64,000 nucleotides of DNA from Felis catus (taxonomy: Eukaryota), in NCBI RefSeq assembly GCF_018350175.1, contig NC_058368.1:232378001-232442000 (forward strand), written 5' to 3'. This document shows, piece by piece, positions 26,070 through 39,150 of the stretch. Every line of letters starts with the position of its first letter. Within the stretch, counting starts at the first letter, position 1. A program made the translations under genes and the position numbers. The notes beneath the pieces were generated by a model. It saw only the letters and a program-made list of their open reading frames with translations, ran no database searches and was not told the origin of the DNA.

Positions 26070-26262
26070 TTTTTTTTAATGTTTTATTATTTATAAAGAG
26101 AGCAGGGGAGGGGCAGAGAGAGAGGGAGACACAGAATCCAAAGCAGGCTCCAGGCTCTGAGCTGTCAGCACAAAGCCCGACACGGGGCTCAAACTCACGG
26201 ACCGCAAGATCATGACCTGAGCCGAAGTCGGACGCTTAACCGACTGAGCCACCCTGGCGCCC
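26070..26262 (-). mobile_element. Can-SINE
   Basis: Reverse SINE ending CCACCCTGGCGCCC. Confidence 0.94.
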
Positions 26263-27559
26263 AGGCTCGTTTAATGTTTTAAGAGTCTATTTGTTACCTG
26301 TTTCTTCCATCATTACATGGAACTTGCGTCAAAAGAGTGAAATGTCTCTGCATTCAAATATTTTCCTGTATTAATCAAAAAAAGCAATACAGTTTGTTGC
26401 AATGTCTTGTGGCTTGGCATGGCACCTTTAAATAGCAATGACACTGTTATCAAGACATGATCTTGTTTCTCTCTTCTCTGATAATATACCACTTTATTGA
26501 GAAAACGTTCTCAATGCGGTGCAAGGATAGTTCTAGAATGTCATGTGTGTGTCAAGTACCATGTCGGCCATGTTCGGGTATAGTAACGGCGCACGTTATA
26601 ACAATTATGTAACCAAGGAATCACGGGGGCAGTGATGGATTATAAGACGGGGCACTGATTCTGGCTGTAAGTGAGGCTCCTGATGAACTAATACAGCTGC
26701 TCCATTTTAACTGGAGGGAACTGGGGAGGAGGGGAAGGGCATGAGCTGGGGAGCGGGAACAGCCAGACAGAGGACTCACCAAGACTGTTTATACCGTAGT
26801 ATGGTGGGAACGAAGGCTCAAAGAGAGCTGGGCGCCAGATTATGAGGTGCCTGGTGTGTCCTGTTGAGGGTGCCAAAACATTCAAGTTTGACAACCACAC
26901 TGTAAGGAAGATGGATTCTGCTTCGGTTCACTCTGGCCGCTAAAATGCTGCCAACAGAGAGCATTGATGGCGTTTCGCTCTATTTCAGGTACTCTTGTCA
27001 GAGCATTGCATTTCATTGTCCCACAACCCCAGGAATTAAGTACGGATATTATCCTATAATAAAGGCAGAAAACTGGTGTTGGCACAGCTCATCTAAGTCA
27101 CAGAACGGCTATCGGCAGAGTCAGGACGCCAGCATCGGTACCTCCTATCCTGACATTTGTGCTTCCGTTTGCCAGGTCACCTACGCCCCTGGTCAGTGTG
27201 GCTCCCCCAGACCAGACTGAGCCCATGTCACCCGCTGAGGACGCGTTCCCTCGGGCACAGGTAACACTGATTCAATAGTATTCATATAAAAAATGGCTCC
27301 ATATGAAAAAGATACTGTTGGTGATGATACGCCTTTCTAGTTCTTCCTCACTACAGTGCTGATGAAAACCCTTAGCCAAACTGAATTCAGAAAATTGTTG
27401 CTCTTCTGGTTGGTCTGATCAAAGTTTAGTTTCCAGCGACCCTCTTCTGTTTTCCTGTGAGAGCGTACTACCCAAATTTTCCAATGTTTGGATTTCAGGA
27501 CCTCTTCGTGCTCCTCACAAGTTAACAAATCTTCTCAAACAGCTTTTGTTAATGAGTGT

Positions 27560-28400
27560 GATATCCATCGATAGTTGCCATGTTACGAACACAGCACAAA
27601 CAATCACGTTTGTTAACACGACTACCTAAGAACACTTTTTAAACATTGGGAAATTATCGGGGCGCCTGGGTGGCTCAGTCGGTTAAGCGTCCGACTTCAG
27701 CCCAGGTCACGATCTCGCGGTCCGTGAGTTCGAGCCCCGCGTCGGGCTCTGGGCTGATGGCTCAGAGCCTGGAGCCTGCTTCCGATTCTGTGTCTCCCTC
27801 TCTCTCTGCCCCTCCCCCGTTCATGCTTTGTCTCTCTCTGTCTCAAAAATAAATACAACGTTAAAAAAAAAATTTAAACATTGGGAAATTATCAAGCTTA
27901 CCATGGCAGACACAATTTTTCCAAAATTCGAATATTCACTTGAAAGCTCAATTCCTATCCTGGGAAACAAGTATTGTCAGCTGTTTCCCTTGAAGCTAAT
28001 GTCTCACTTTATGTTGAAGAAAATAACTGCCAAATATCTATGTTTGAATAACCACAGTTGGTCTGTCAGTTATTTTTCCAAATACAAAAGGTGCTGTGGA
28101 AAAAATAGCTGCTATGTGATTTACTTTGTAACTCACATAATCACACAAGTGATTTCTCTTGGGTAAGCCATTACATTTCTCCTTTTAACACCCAAAATAT
28201 TTTTTTAGAGGATATATATATTCTAAAGGGTCAAAATTTGGTAATATTCATAATTTTTAGGACACTCTTAAGTATAACCTTTCGCATCCCGTGGGAGCAG
28301 GCAGCAGGGAGAAATGCAGCACCTGCTAGTGCTGTGTGATGCGTGTGCCAGGGGTTTTATACACCAGTGCGTCATATCCTCGGTGAAAATCCCAACACGT
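27560..28400 (-). mobile_element. Charlie1-type hAT transposon fossil (decayed transposase)
   Basis: Minus strand at about 28170-27880 gives broken peptides LWLFKHRYLAVIF and LQGKQLTILVSQDRN*AFK*IFEFWKNCVCHGKLDNFPMFK, resembling Charlie/Buster transposase; split by a SINE. Confidence 0.75.
27659..27872 (+). mobile_element. Young SINEC_Fc-type SINE inserted in the Charlie fossil
   Basis: CpG-rich full-length SINE; perfect direct repeat TTTAAACATTGGGAAATTATC at 27638-27658 and 27873-27893. Confidence 0.98.
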
Positions 28401-28628
28401 TTTTTCCTGGGATAAGCTATGAGATTGAAAAAGTTATCCGATACTTTGAATATTTTAGCACTGTGTAAATTTCATGTTGAGAATTCACATACCAGGGAAT
28501 CCCACAGTACAGACTCTCCTTAGGGTGCACGAAGACCTACATTCGGTTTACCTGTCTCCCCAAACAACCTCCATCTGCCACGCACCCAAACGTCGGATGA
28601 CCGAAACTTAAAATACAGGTACGGGGCT

Positions 28629-28832
28629 GGGGGTGCCTGAGTGGCTCGGTCAGTAAAGCGTCTGACTCTTGGTTTCGGCTGAGGCCACGATCTCACAGTT
28701 TTGCGAGTTTGAGCCTCGTATTGGGCTCTGCGCTGACAGCATGGAGCCTGCTTGGGATTCTCTCTCTCCCTCCCTCTCTGTCCCTCCTCCCCTCGTGCTG
28801 TCTCTCAAAATAAATAAATAAACTTAAAAAAA
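28629..28832 (+). mobile_element. Can-SINE
   Basis: SINE head, (CT)-rich tract, AATAAATAAA tail. Confidence 0.94.
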
Positions 28833-31706
28833 TACATATCCTCAGCTTCGGCTTCAATTAACCATTGACCCAACCGAACATACGACGCCACAACGAGATA
28901 GAATTTCATGTGTTTGATCTACACTTGACATTTGCTGGGGTGTAGTCAAGGGAGTCCTTAACTTTGTTTTACGATCCAGTGTTATTGAATTCTCTCTCCT
29001 CCTGAGTGCTTTTTCTGTTTATTCATTATGCCCGTGCCTAATTCGCAGGTTGCTCAGAATAACTGAAACTCTTTGGCACATAGATACACCGTCCAGCGAG
29101 AAACTCTTTCTTTTCTTCCTGGATGGCAGGGAATCATGTCTGATACCATTTCACTAAGCCAAGTCTCTGGTGGCCTTCTCCTACTGTTGCTGATGTCTGC
29201 CTTTGTTTCACTGAGAAATCCTGAAGATGAAATGCAACATGCCTTAGCGCCGTGCCGGGCATAGGCTCTGCATGTAATTTTTACGTGCCATCGCTGCCTC
29301 TTTTTCGTGAAAATACAAAGACTGTTGCTTTCATCTCTCCAGGTAGTCAGCGCAGTCTCCCTGTGGCTTCTACGGAAGGGGTCTCATGCTTTGTGTATCA
29401 TGGCTTTGCAGCCCTGGACATATCAGGTATCTGCTCTTCCTGTTTACTTGGTATCACGCAACTTAGATTAATATTTAAGTATACAAACTCCGAAGCCGTA
29501 CATCTTATTTTATTATACTCAGAATTTATGCCAAGCTATAAATGTCACCTCTGCAAATTCCCAGTGTTCCAAAAACCTATTAAAACATGTATGCCATAAG
29601 ACCCAAATTGTCTAGTGTTTTTTCTCCATTTACAAGAAGTGTTCCTGAATGCATGCAACTGAAAGGCATTTAAATCAAGAATTCAATTATAAATGTTTAA
29701 TAGTAATAATATATGGATGAGACAATCGCTTGTCAGTTTGATTTGTAAACCATTCTGAGGCTCGGTTTCTAACCACATCGAGACTGATTGCATCTCACTA
29801 AAGCAGGACTTCGGAATTTGGCGAAGTTACAAATCATTATATTCTTGGTTTGAAACACTTTCATTGCGGCCAACAAATGCATTCTATGTAGAAGGTAGTT
29901 TCAACTAGAAAATAAATGTTCCTATAATAGTATCCTCTTGCAGTATCCAGAATAAATTTAGTTGTTCTGTGATAAATGTGCAAGTAAATTTGATTAAATT
30001 GGCCAATTTTCTGTCCCATTTTCTGTAGTTTCAAATTCACTAAATGAATATTTCTTTCGTTCTTTTCCAACAATGAGGAAGAATCTCTCACGTAAAGGCA
30101 TGCTCTTGTTTTGGCCAAGAGATGTTTTGGCAAACTGAGGCCTGACATATGGTGAAGGAGGCAACATTTTACCAGGTGAGTGGTCTGACTGAGACACATT
30201 TCATCAAAACCCTTCCCTCCGATGCGCCACCTGTCAATTCATTCTGAGCTACACGGGCTGGGCAACCTTCTGTTGGCTCCAAGCTACTGACGACAATGAT
30301 AAAGACCTTAACAGGAAGAAAGGAAGACAGACATCCTTTGCCCATGCCAACAAAGGAGACAGTCTCCCCAAGCCAAAACTTTGTGCTCCACAGAGTAACC
30401 AGCCCCCTACGCCTACCTTCGTCTCACCCATGTGACCAGGTGCCTGGAGGTGGGCCGGTCCCCTCTTTCTCCAGGGAGATGCAAATTCTTCCAAAAGATC
30501 TAGTCTGAGGCCAGCCAACCAGGGGTAGCATATACTGTCTACGTGACTCTGGGAAAGTCATTTATCCATTCCAATTTCTTCTTTCCAGGAGGAACCATAA
30601 TCCCACTTGGAGTGACCGTTGGGGAGGTTTTAATGGAAGAAGGAAGTGTCTGGGGATTACAGTTCTTTCCACTTCCCTCTTGATTCTCTCCTGTACTCTC
30701 TATCTCCTGCTGTGGGGACAGACGGAACTGCTCCCTGATCTGTTTTACTCTGGACAAAACCCCAGGAAGGCCCTTCTGCCCGGTGCTTTACATGCTCTGC
30801 AATACTTAAAAGAAAGAAGCCCTGATGGAAAACACAGATACGGACAGCATGTTTTTTTCATGGCAGATGCACCTTCTGGTGCCTCCTATCCGGGCATCCT
30901 GTCTAGACCAGGTATCTGCAGTCAGACAGTGTGTGTCCAGGGAGGTGCAGAGGAAAGAGAACCCGGACATGGGATTCCCATGACACCGTGTATTCTCCCT
31001 TAGTCCTTACGGCAGTGCTGTGAAGGGTGGTCCCATCATGCCCACGTCATAGATGAGGCAACAGAGGTCAGGATTGCTAAACAGCTCTCCATCAGCGCGG
31101 TGACTCTTCTCGACTTCTGCCAACACGGACAGAGCATGAGCAGCAGAAAGACACAGACCAACACCGCTTCTCTTTGGGTTCTTGTCACCTCCTGCCTCTT
31201 GGCCCCTGCTCACAGCAGGTAAGGAGAACCAACTACACCACCATAACACTGGCTACTCTGGTGTGCTGTGAAGGGAAACCCCGCTGGGCATGGGAAGCTG
31301 GAAACAGTAAAAAGAGTGGAAGATCCCGAATCACGTGCATTCCTTTTTTTTTTTTTTTTTTTTTTTTTGCTTTTTAAACAGTTGGTGGATCACTCTTCAT
31401 GTGCTTTCAAAGAAGCATATGTCGTTTTTTTTCCCATGGGTTTTCAGGAGAGCCATGACATGCACATATATGGCCGTGCGTCTTATTTGTACACAAAACC
31501 ACCCAAATCAAAATTGATTCATTAATAACCAACTTAAGGAGACTTGAAAGGGAAAAGCCATATTTCATCCTACTATCTGGTTTGATTTGAATGTGAATTC
31601 CAAAAAGCCAGCATCGTAACTGGACTAAAGTAATAACACTTTGCTCTGTTTAAAACTTTGAGCAGTGGACCTAGTGAAAATCTGTTGCCAGGAACATTTT
31701 AATTTA

Positions 31707-31935
31707 TTTACTTTTTATTTTTTTATTTTTTTAAACGTTTATTTATTTTTGAGACAGAGAGAGACAGAGCATGAACGGGGGAGGGGCAGAGAGAGAGGGA
31801 GCCACAGAATTGGAAGCAGGCTCCAGGCTCTGAGCCATCAGCCCAGAGCCTGATGCGGGGCTCGAACTCATGAACCGTGAGATCGTGACCTGAGCTGAAG
31901 TCAGACGCTTAACCGACTGAGCCACCCAGGCGCCC
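31707..31935 (-). mobile_element. SINEC_Fc-type SINE
   Basis: Reverse SINE; TSD GGAACATTTTAATTTA at 31691-31706 and 31937-31952. Confidence 0.97.
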
Positions 31936-32320
31936 TGGAACATTTTAATTTAAATGCATTGCTGTAAATTCAGCTTCCTGATAGACCTATTGTAGTTCAA
32001 AATTCTCACACATCTTTCGTGTAAAGTATTCCAATCCAAACTCTCAATAAATACACGGGGGTGGTAAAGGCATCTGCTTAATTTGTGTTGTGTTCAATAA
32101 AGACAATGAGCTTCTTGAAGGGAAATTACTTTTTTAAGGTCGTGTGTTCAGTTAGTTTTCAAGGTAGATTCAGAGTCCAGGTTAATATTTTCCTACTAAA
32201 CTATGTTGTATAGACTAGATAATACAATTAACAGGAAAAGTCGGCAGTTTGTTTTTTCATTCATTATAAGTTTCTGAGTTTTCTGGAGGAATAATGTTGC
32301 TAATTAAAAATATATACTGA

Positions 32321-32690
32321 TTTTTCTAGATTCCACATGCAAATGAAACCATGTGGTATTTGGTTTTCCTTGACTTATTTCACTTACCCTTTAAGTCCAT
32401 CCAAGCCACACCCAAAACATAACAAACAAAAACTGGAAACAGACCCATAAGTACAGAGAACAAAGTGATGGTCGCTGGGGGTGGTGGGCAAAATGAGTGA
32501 AGGGGAGTGGGAGGTACAGGCTTCTGATTATGGAACGAACACATCATGGGAACAGAGGAACAGCATAGGAAGTAGAGTCAATAATAGAATAACAGTGTTG
32601 CATGAGGTAGCTGCACTTGTGGTGGACAGAGCATGATGTATAGATGTGGGAGTCACTAGGTCATACACCTGAAGGTAATGTAACGTTGTT
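32321..32690 (+). mobile_element. Short L1 3' end with inverted 5' segment
   Basis: 32321-32403 is reversed L1 ORF2-end/3'UTR start; about 32410-32690 is forward L1 3'UTR (GAAACAGACCCATAAGTACAGAGAACAAA...ACACCTGAAGGTAATGTAAC). Confidence 0.8.
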
Positions 32691-32894
32691 TTATTATTTT
32701 ATTATTTTCCATCTGCATTGTTCTAGAAACCTATTTGCTGTCGTTGGTGGATAGCTGCGGTATTTTGCGTATATCAGGAGGTGCCCACTTTCAGATCTTT
32801 CCATCCTGTTTCCTTGAGAGCCTTGGGGTAGGCCATCTGTCACTTGGCCCCTAGTGGAGGTTCCGTGTCATTGCGCACCATTGGGCGCTGACAT

Positions 32895-33115
32895 CACTGA
32901 GCACCTGCTACCTGCAGGGCTGTTTCTGAGGGTTCCAGGTGGGTTCACTCATTTGATTCTTGCCCACAGCAAACCCAGGAGATACATATTATAATCACCA
33001 CAGTTTGGAGCTAAGGGCATGAGACTCATCAACATTAAGGAACTTTCCCAAATCACACAATTAGAGCTTAGTTTAAAACCAGATCCTCTAGATCCCCAGC
33101 CTACCCTGTTTACCC
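32895..33115 (-). mobile_element. MIR
   Basis: CACTGAGCACCTGCTA...CTCATTTGATTCT...TTCCCAAATCACACA, reversed MIR layout. Confidence 0.65.
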
Positions 33116-33367
33116 CATTTACCCGGGCTTGCCATCACAGTGAAATGATTATGCCCACAAAATACCAGGGATCACAAAAAACTCAGTTTCTTTTATCATT
33201 TTGAAAATAGTTTCAAAATGAAACTACATATTCTGAAGCCAATTATCAATTTTGATCTTAGAAATTTATTTTGTGGTTCTTAAATATAGAGGTCCAAGTT
33301 AAGAAAAATGTTGTCTTCTTCAATTCTGCCAGGTTTAATAAAGAATGTCCTGCTCAATTAATAAAGC

Positions 33368-33384
33368 AGAGAGAGGGGGGGGGG

Positions 33385-33418
<34 letters not shown>
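33368..33418. repeat. G-run plus (GA)n microsatellite
   Basis: Direct reading. Confidence 0.95.
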
Positions 33419-33423
<5 letters not shown>

Positions 33424-34320
33424 TTACTTTGGTGTCCTATTGGGGAATAGCTGAGGAATGAAAACATTAATGAGTAGAGAGAAACACCGTAAGGTCCTGT
33501 GGTAACTGTGAGAAAGAGAATATTACATTGTTCTTTCCTGCTGTGAAGAAACCTAGTGTGTAGTCATTGAGAAAACAGACCTCCAAAGTTGAGCCACAGG
33601 GTGGGACCACAGGAAGGAGTGCGGATAGCCGAGGAGGAAGGACTCACAGTGAGTGATCAACAATGAAGAAAGGCCCAATGGACCGCTGCATGGGAGGGAA
33701 GAGCCTTCATGAAGAAGCAGGCTGGTAACTGGTTTGTCAAGGTCCATGAGCCTGAGAGGAGGGAGGGCTTGCTGGTGAGGGAGAATGGTGAGAACAGAAG
33801 CTTGGCTGGAGGTGGAAAAGGAGCAGAAAATGGTACAGAGTTAGTTCTGGAGACAGCGGGGACTTAGTAGGAGAAAAGTTGAAGGTGAAGTTAAAGGCCT
33901 GCACTGGAGCCAAGCTGAGGACCTACTTGGGTACTAGACTGAGTAGATGCTAGTTTTGGAAGTTTGTGAGTAGCAGAGAAGGTGAACGCACATAGCAATT
34001 ACACAGCTACTGTGAGACAGCCATGGTGCCTGTATTATAAATATGATCCCGTGAATCTTGAAGTTGATCATTTTTTCCCGTTATAGGGTAGAGGCACATG
34101 AGCCTGAAGGATGATTATTAGCTTGCCCCTGGCTCTTGCCAACCAGTAAGAGCTGTGTATTTTGAGCTGCATGGCGTCCTGACGTTTTTCTGCTGAAGGT
34201 TGAGAGGTTTCATCCATGAATTTGGGAAGACATGTGCCAGTTCAAGAAATTTGTCAGAAACATGACCGGACAAGGATCAACCGATTGGGAAGCTGAGTTT
34301 TAGACACATTAAAAAAAAAA

Positions 34321-34375
<55 letters not shown>
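34321..34375. repeat. (GA)n microsatellite
   Basis: Direct reading. Confidence 0.97.
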
Positions 34376-34377
<2 letters not shown>

Positions 34378-36289
34378 TTGCTGATATACAATGCGAAAGA
34401 GGCCTATGAAAATGCCAAGTTATTTCACTTCCTCTTGCTCCTGTCGGGGAGCTCCTCTAGCTGGCTTCCCAATGAAACGCATTTTAAATCTCAGCCGCTG
34501 GCTCACTGTTACTAGTGCTTTAAGGGAAGGAGCTGGAAACCAAAATTCTAGTCTAGAATTAATTCAGAGTTGTGTAAAAACTTACCATAATGAATCAGAC
34601 CAAGCATGATAAATTTAATTATAATTGACTTTGTGGCGGTATTGACATTCATTTGCACATTCACCAAGACCGTGGAATTTTTCTTCCCTATGAATGTGAA
34701 CACTGAGGAAGGGTCAAAGCACAGACAGGGGAAATAATGAATTTGCCTGTAATGAAAAGGCAAGCTGGTCTCAGGAAGCAGGTCTCCTATTTAGAGAAAA
34801 CTTCCTAGACTTAGTCCATTGGGCCCTTCTGTTTATCAAAGTACATTGTCCCTTTAATTAGAACACCCTGATTCTCTCAGCTCAGAGGCCTGTGACACAA
34901 GTGGGGTGGGTGGGTATCAACCATTAGGAGAAAGCCACCTCTAACTGCTTAGCAAGGAAATCAGGAAGCCCCCAGGCTCACTCCTGGGAAGGCCAGGTCT
35001 TCTGTCTCTCCAGTCCCTGGACCACAGTCCAGCTCCTGCCAGCGTTGGTTCCCTGAAGGTAGAATCATTAGGACCCGAGGACCCAGGGTTCCTCATTCAT
35101 ACCTGTGAACCTGTGAATGGAAAGAGCTCCTTCTGGGCATTCCCCCGGAGAGAAACAGGAGTCGCCTCTGAAGCAAGCAGCAAACCTTCCTTGCGCTTCA
35201 CTGGTCCAGGGCGGCCATGTTTCCACTCCAGCTCCAAGCAGTGACAATGGGGATGGGCTGAACCTGCTTGACTTGGCTTAGTCAGGACTATGGAAAGAGT
35301 TGTTAAAGGAGTGGGTGATGAATGAATAGGTGATGGATAGAATCACATTTTGATAAATCACCTGAACATAATGACTGACTGAATAAAAGTAACGTTCTGG
35401 TAATGAGGACTAGCTGAAGAAATAGATGCTGGGCATGAGGTAAATGAAATGCATCTACATGTAGCCGTCTCTATATGCATGTGACTGAGTGAAGTATCAA
35501 AAAGAAAGAACACCAACTAGCGCTATTTAATCATTGGTGGTGGTGGTATCGGGAGAGCTGGGGCTTCTCCTGGGAATAATAAAGCAGTACTATCCCTGAC
35601 TCCTGTCTTATGATTTAAAGGCTTCCATTTGGTTCTAAAGGTCTGAGGTGTGGAGGGGGGCGCAGTGGGGAACAGCTTCGGTGGTTCAGGTCCATTAAAG
35701 GCCATCCTGGATTTTTCTAGAAGCAAGATGCATGCTTAGCGTTGAGGCAGAAGAAGTGGCCCTGATTCGGGATGTGGAACGTGGCCATCCTGAACTTGGG
35801 ACATGAACTGAGTGTGCTGGTGTGCACTGAGGTGACAGGTGCTGTGATGTGTGGGAGGAGTTCACATACTCAGGGGCTGTGAAAAAAGCCCATAGTTGGT
35901 GCAGAGGAGTGAAGTTCTTGATTGTAATGGAACAGACTCCGTCTGTGTCCGTATCTTCAAGAAACAACGGTGGATTTAGAATCTGTCAGCAAGCTTATGA
36001 TAACACATACCAGGGTTTCTGTAGAACCCGTACAGGGAAGGATTGGTGCAAAGAACATGAATAGTGAATTGGCTGAACTTCTCAATAACCAGCAGGTGAA
36101 GGGCTGAGCAGATTTAACTTCAGTGAAATAGAGAAATGTGACTTTTCTGTCACTTCATGTTTTGCAAGGCAACATGCACATGGGATTAATTTTGTTCTTG
36201 GTCTAACAGACTGATACCCAGGCACTGGAAAGAGAGAAAGGCAGGTGTTCAGTGATTAGGTAGGTGCACTCTCAACACTTGTCTTCTGA

Positions 36290-37400
36290 CCGTTGGCCAT
36301 CATTTGTTCCAATAGCCTCTCCACCCCTTTCTCCTGCCCTTTCTGCAGCTCCTATTATGCGTATGTTGCTCTGCTTGATGATGTCCCATAGGTGTGTGAA
36401 GTTTGATGGCGTCTAAAGTTCTGTTTATTTCAATTAATTTTTTTTTTAATTTCTGTTCCTCAAGTTAACTATCCTCAAACGTGCCAATTCTTTCTTCTGC
36501 CTGCTCACATCTTCTGTTCGGCCCTTCGAGTGACTTTTTAAAATCTCAGTTCTGGTTGAATTTCAGCTCAAGAATTTCCATGTGAATTTTCCATCTCATT
36601 ATTGACCTTCTGTATTTGGCGAGGCATATCCCCATTCTTTCCTTTATTTCTTTAGACACAATTTCTTTAAGTCCTTTAAAAAATGTGTACAATGGCTACT
36701 TTAAAGTGTTTGTCAAGAAAGGCCAATACCTGGGCTTGCTCAGGGATGGTGTCTATTGGCTGCTGGTTTTCTTGTTTGTGGGCAATACTTTCTGGTTTCT
36801 GTCCATGTCATTTTTGTTTAAAACAGAGCATTTCAAGTAATATAATTTGGCAACTCTGGAAATCTGTTTGTCACTCCTTTTCAAGGTTTGTTGGTGTTGC
36901 TGTTTGTGGTGGCATTGTTTGTTTATTGACTTTCAAATCTATTTCTGTAAAGTCTGTATCTTTCCTCAAGTCTCCATTCCATTATCTCAGCGGTCAGCTA
37001 AGGATTGCAAAAAGATTCCCATAATTGCCTGGAACCTCTGGTTCTTCCAGTGCAACACCACTCAGATCAGGTAATGGTGCCTATTTTGAGTGAGGCTCGG
37101 AAAGATTCCCAGCCCCACTCTGCTCCCTCTGGTACTGGGAGCTGGGATTTTATCTTCCAAGGCTGTTGTGGATCTGGGCAGCAGGGGATGGGAGCAGGTA
37201 CGTTGAAGTGCCACAAAGTGCACTGTTCTTCCTGAGATTTGGCTGTTTTTCTGGCCCAAACACTCACAGGTTTACTGCAAGCTGTTAGTTAATTTCAGAC
37301 TCTTGAAATAGTTGATTTTGACACATTTTTCTGGATTTTTCACTGCTTTTCTAGAAAGGAAAACTTTTGGAAGTCCTTACTGTGGCATTTTTGCTGACAT
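36290..37400 (-). mobile_element. Ancient L1M 5'/ORF1-region fragment
   Basis: Reversed L1 motifs TTGATGATGTCCCATAG, TTCTTTCTTCTGCCTGCTCA, TTTCAGCTCAAGAATTTC, GGCAACTCTGGAAATC. Confidence 0.7.
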
Positions 37401-37493
37401 AACCCTAACGCTGCTTTTATGTCTCTATCTCTTTGTGCATGCTGTGCTCTTGTATCCATCCACGAGGAATGGTGAACTTGGATTGACTTCTAA

Positions 37494-37707
37494 ATTTTTT
37501 TTAACATTTACTTATTTTTGAGAGACAGAGAGAGGCAGAGTATGAGCAGGGGAGGGGCAGAGAGAGAGGCAGACACAGAATTTGAAGCTGGCTTCAGGCT
37601 CCAAGCTGTCAGCACAGAGCCCGATGCGGGGCTCGAACTCACAAACTGCGAGATCATGACCCGAGCCAAAGTCAGACGCTCAACCGACTGAGCCACCCAG
37701 ATGCCCC
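37494..37707 (-). mobile_element. Can-SINE
   Basis: TSD TGGATTGACTTCTAA at 37479-37493 and 37708-37722. Confidence 0.97.
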
Positions 37708-38165
37708 TGGATTGACTTCTAAGAGGGGTAAAGAGAACCTTAAGCCATATAAGAATAAGAGATGTGAATTGCAACCACTAACTCTGGGGATGAGGGAAGG
37801 AAGGAACTTGGAAGACCCTCAGCGCCCCACCCCCAAGGCTAAGACTGAAACTTTGAGTATATCTGTGGCCAATTATCTACTCTTTCAGGATGACAACTAA
37901 AGACAGTAAAGTTACCTCCAAGAACTGTTCCATAAAAATAAAAAATAAAAATGGACAAAAATGGAAAGAAGAAAGAAAAAGCAAACACATATAGTATGAT
38001 AAAATATAGAAATATATGATAATCTTAATTTTTAAAATTGATCACGAAGCTGTTGTTGATTATCTCTGGCTTTTTCCTTCCATTGATAATTTTACATTTC
38101 TCTTGCCCTCAGCTATAATCGGAGCTTGTCCGGGTTCCCTATCTAGGGAAGCGATCCAAACTTTC

Positions 38166-38212
38166 TTTAAAAAAAAAAATTATTTACTTATTTTGATGGG
38201 GGAGAGGTCAGA

Positions 38213-38252
<40 letters not shown>

Positions 38253-38362
38253 CTCAAGCAGGCTCCACATTGTCAGTGTGGAGCCCGATAAATGGCTCGA
38301 ATTCACAGACCATGAGATCAGGAGTCGGATGCTTGCTTACCCAACTGAGCTATTCAGGCACC
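38166..38362 (-). mobile_element. Can-SINE (diverged, internal deletion)
   Basis: Reverse SINE with (GA)n tract. Confidence 0.9.
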
Positions 38363-38369
38363 TTGAACT

Positions 38370-39150
38370 TTCATCCCTGTATAGTACTGATACTGAAAAG
38401 TTCGACCATATTGATTAATGCAGTTTTCTATTAATTTTTACAGTTGAGTATGGTGGTATTAGATGTTAACCCAGAGAATCCCTATGGGTTCTAGACACAG
38501 TCTTCCCTGTCTGCCATTGTGTAGCAGGGATAATGAGAATCAATTATTTCACCCAGTAGAGTAACTCCTTTTATCTCTGTTGGTTCAATGGCATAAAAGG
38601 ACTAAAATGTCCAGATGGCAGGCTCATTTTCCAATTCAATGAACCATTGTTGTTTCTCTTGGTGTAACCAGTGTCCTTTGGGAAATAAGACATCAAAACT
38701 AGCAGAACTCAATGTCTCTGGGACAGAAAGTAAAACTTTTGTGAGTTATTAGGAATAACATTGGCAGGAGGCATAATCTACCCCTGGCTTCCCAGACTCA
38801 CGTATTCTGACTGTGGGGGAGAAAGTATCACATAGTGGTCTCTGATTCAAAGAAAATACTGCGTCCTGTAAGACAGACACAGTTCTCTTAGTGTATTGTG
38901 TTCAAATTGCCACCATAACAGGAGCCCCAGCTAACCGCTCCACCATTGAATTAGTCCAATTGCTCCCAAGTCCTGGGATAGAGGACAAGACCAGTTCATT
39001 CCATGGATGTGAGCCCATTGCTGTACTTACTGCAGTGAAGTGAGTTCCTGATTGGATGTGTCACCGTGCAGAACATCATGATGATAAATTAGTCTACGGT
39101 TGGTGGTGCGGTCAAGGTAAATTCATATCTAGAATGTGTCTGTGCCAGTG
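38370..39150 (-). mobile_element. ERVL-class internal remnant (integrase C-terminus/dUTPase region)
   Basis: Minus strand from 38874 reads VLQDAVFSLNQRPLCDTFSPTVRIRESG, close to recalled ERV-L pol (VLQKAVYALNQRPIYG); downstream KGVTLLGEIID resembles ERV-L dUTPase; stops and frameshifts throughout. Confidence 0.75.

Noticed and set aside
27659..27740. tRNA-like A/B boxes
   Set aside because: They are the tRNA-derived heads of Can-SINEs, not tRNA genes.
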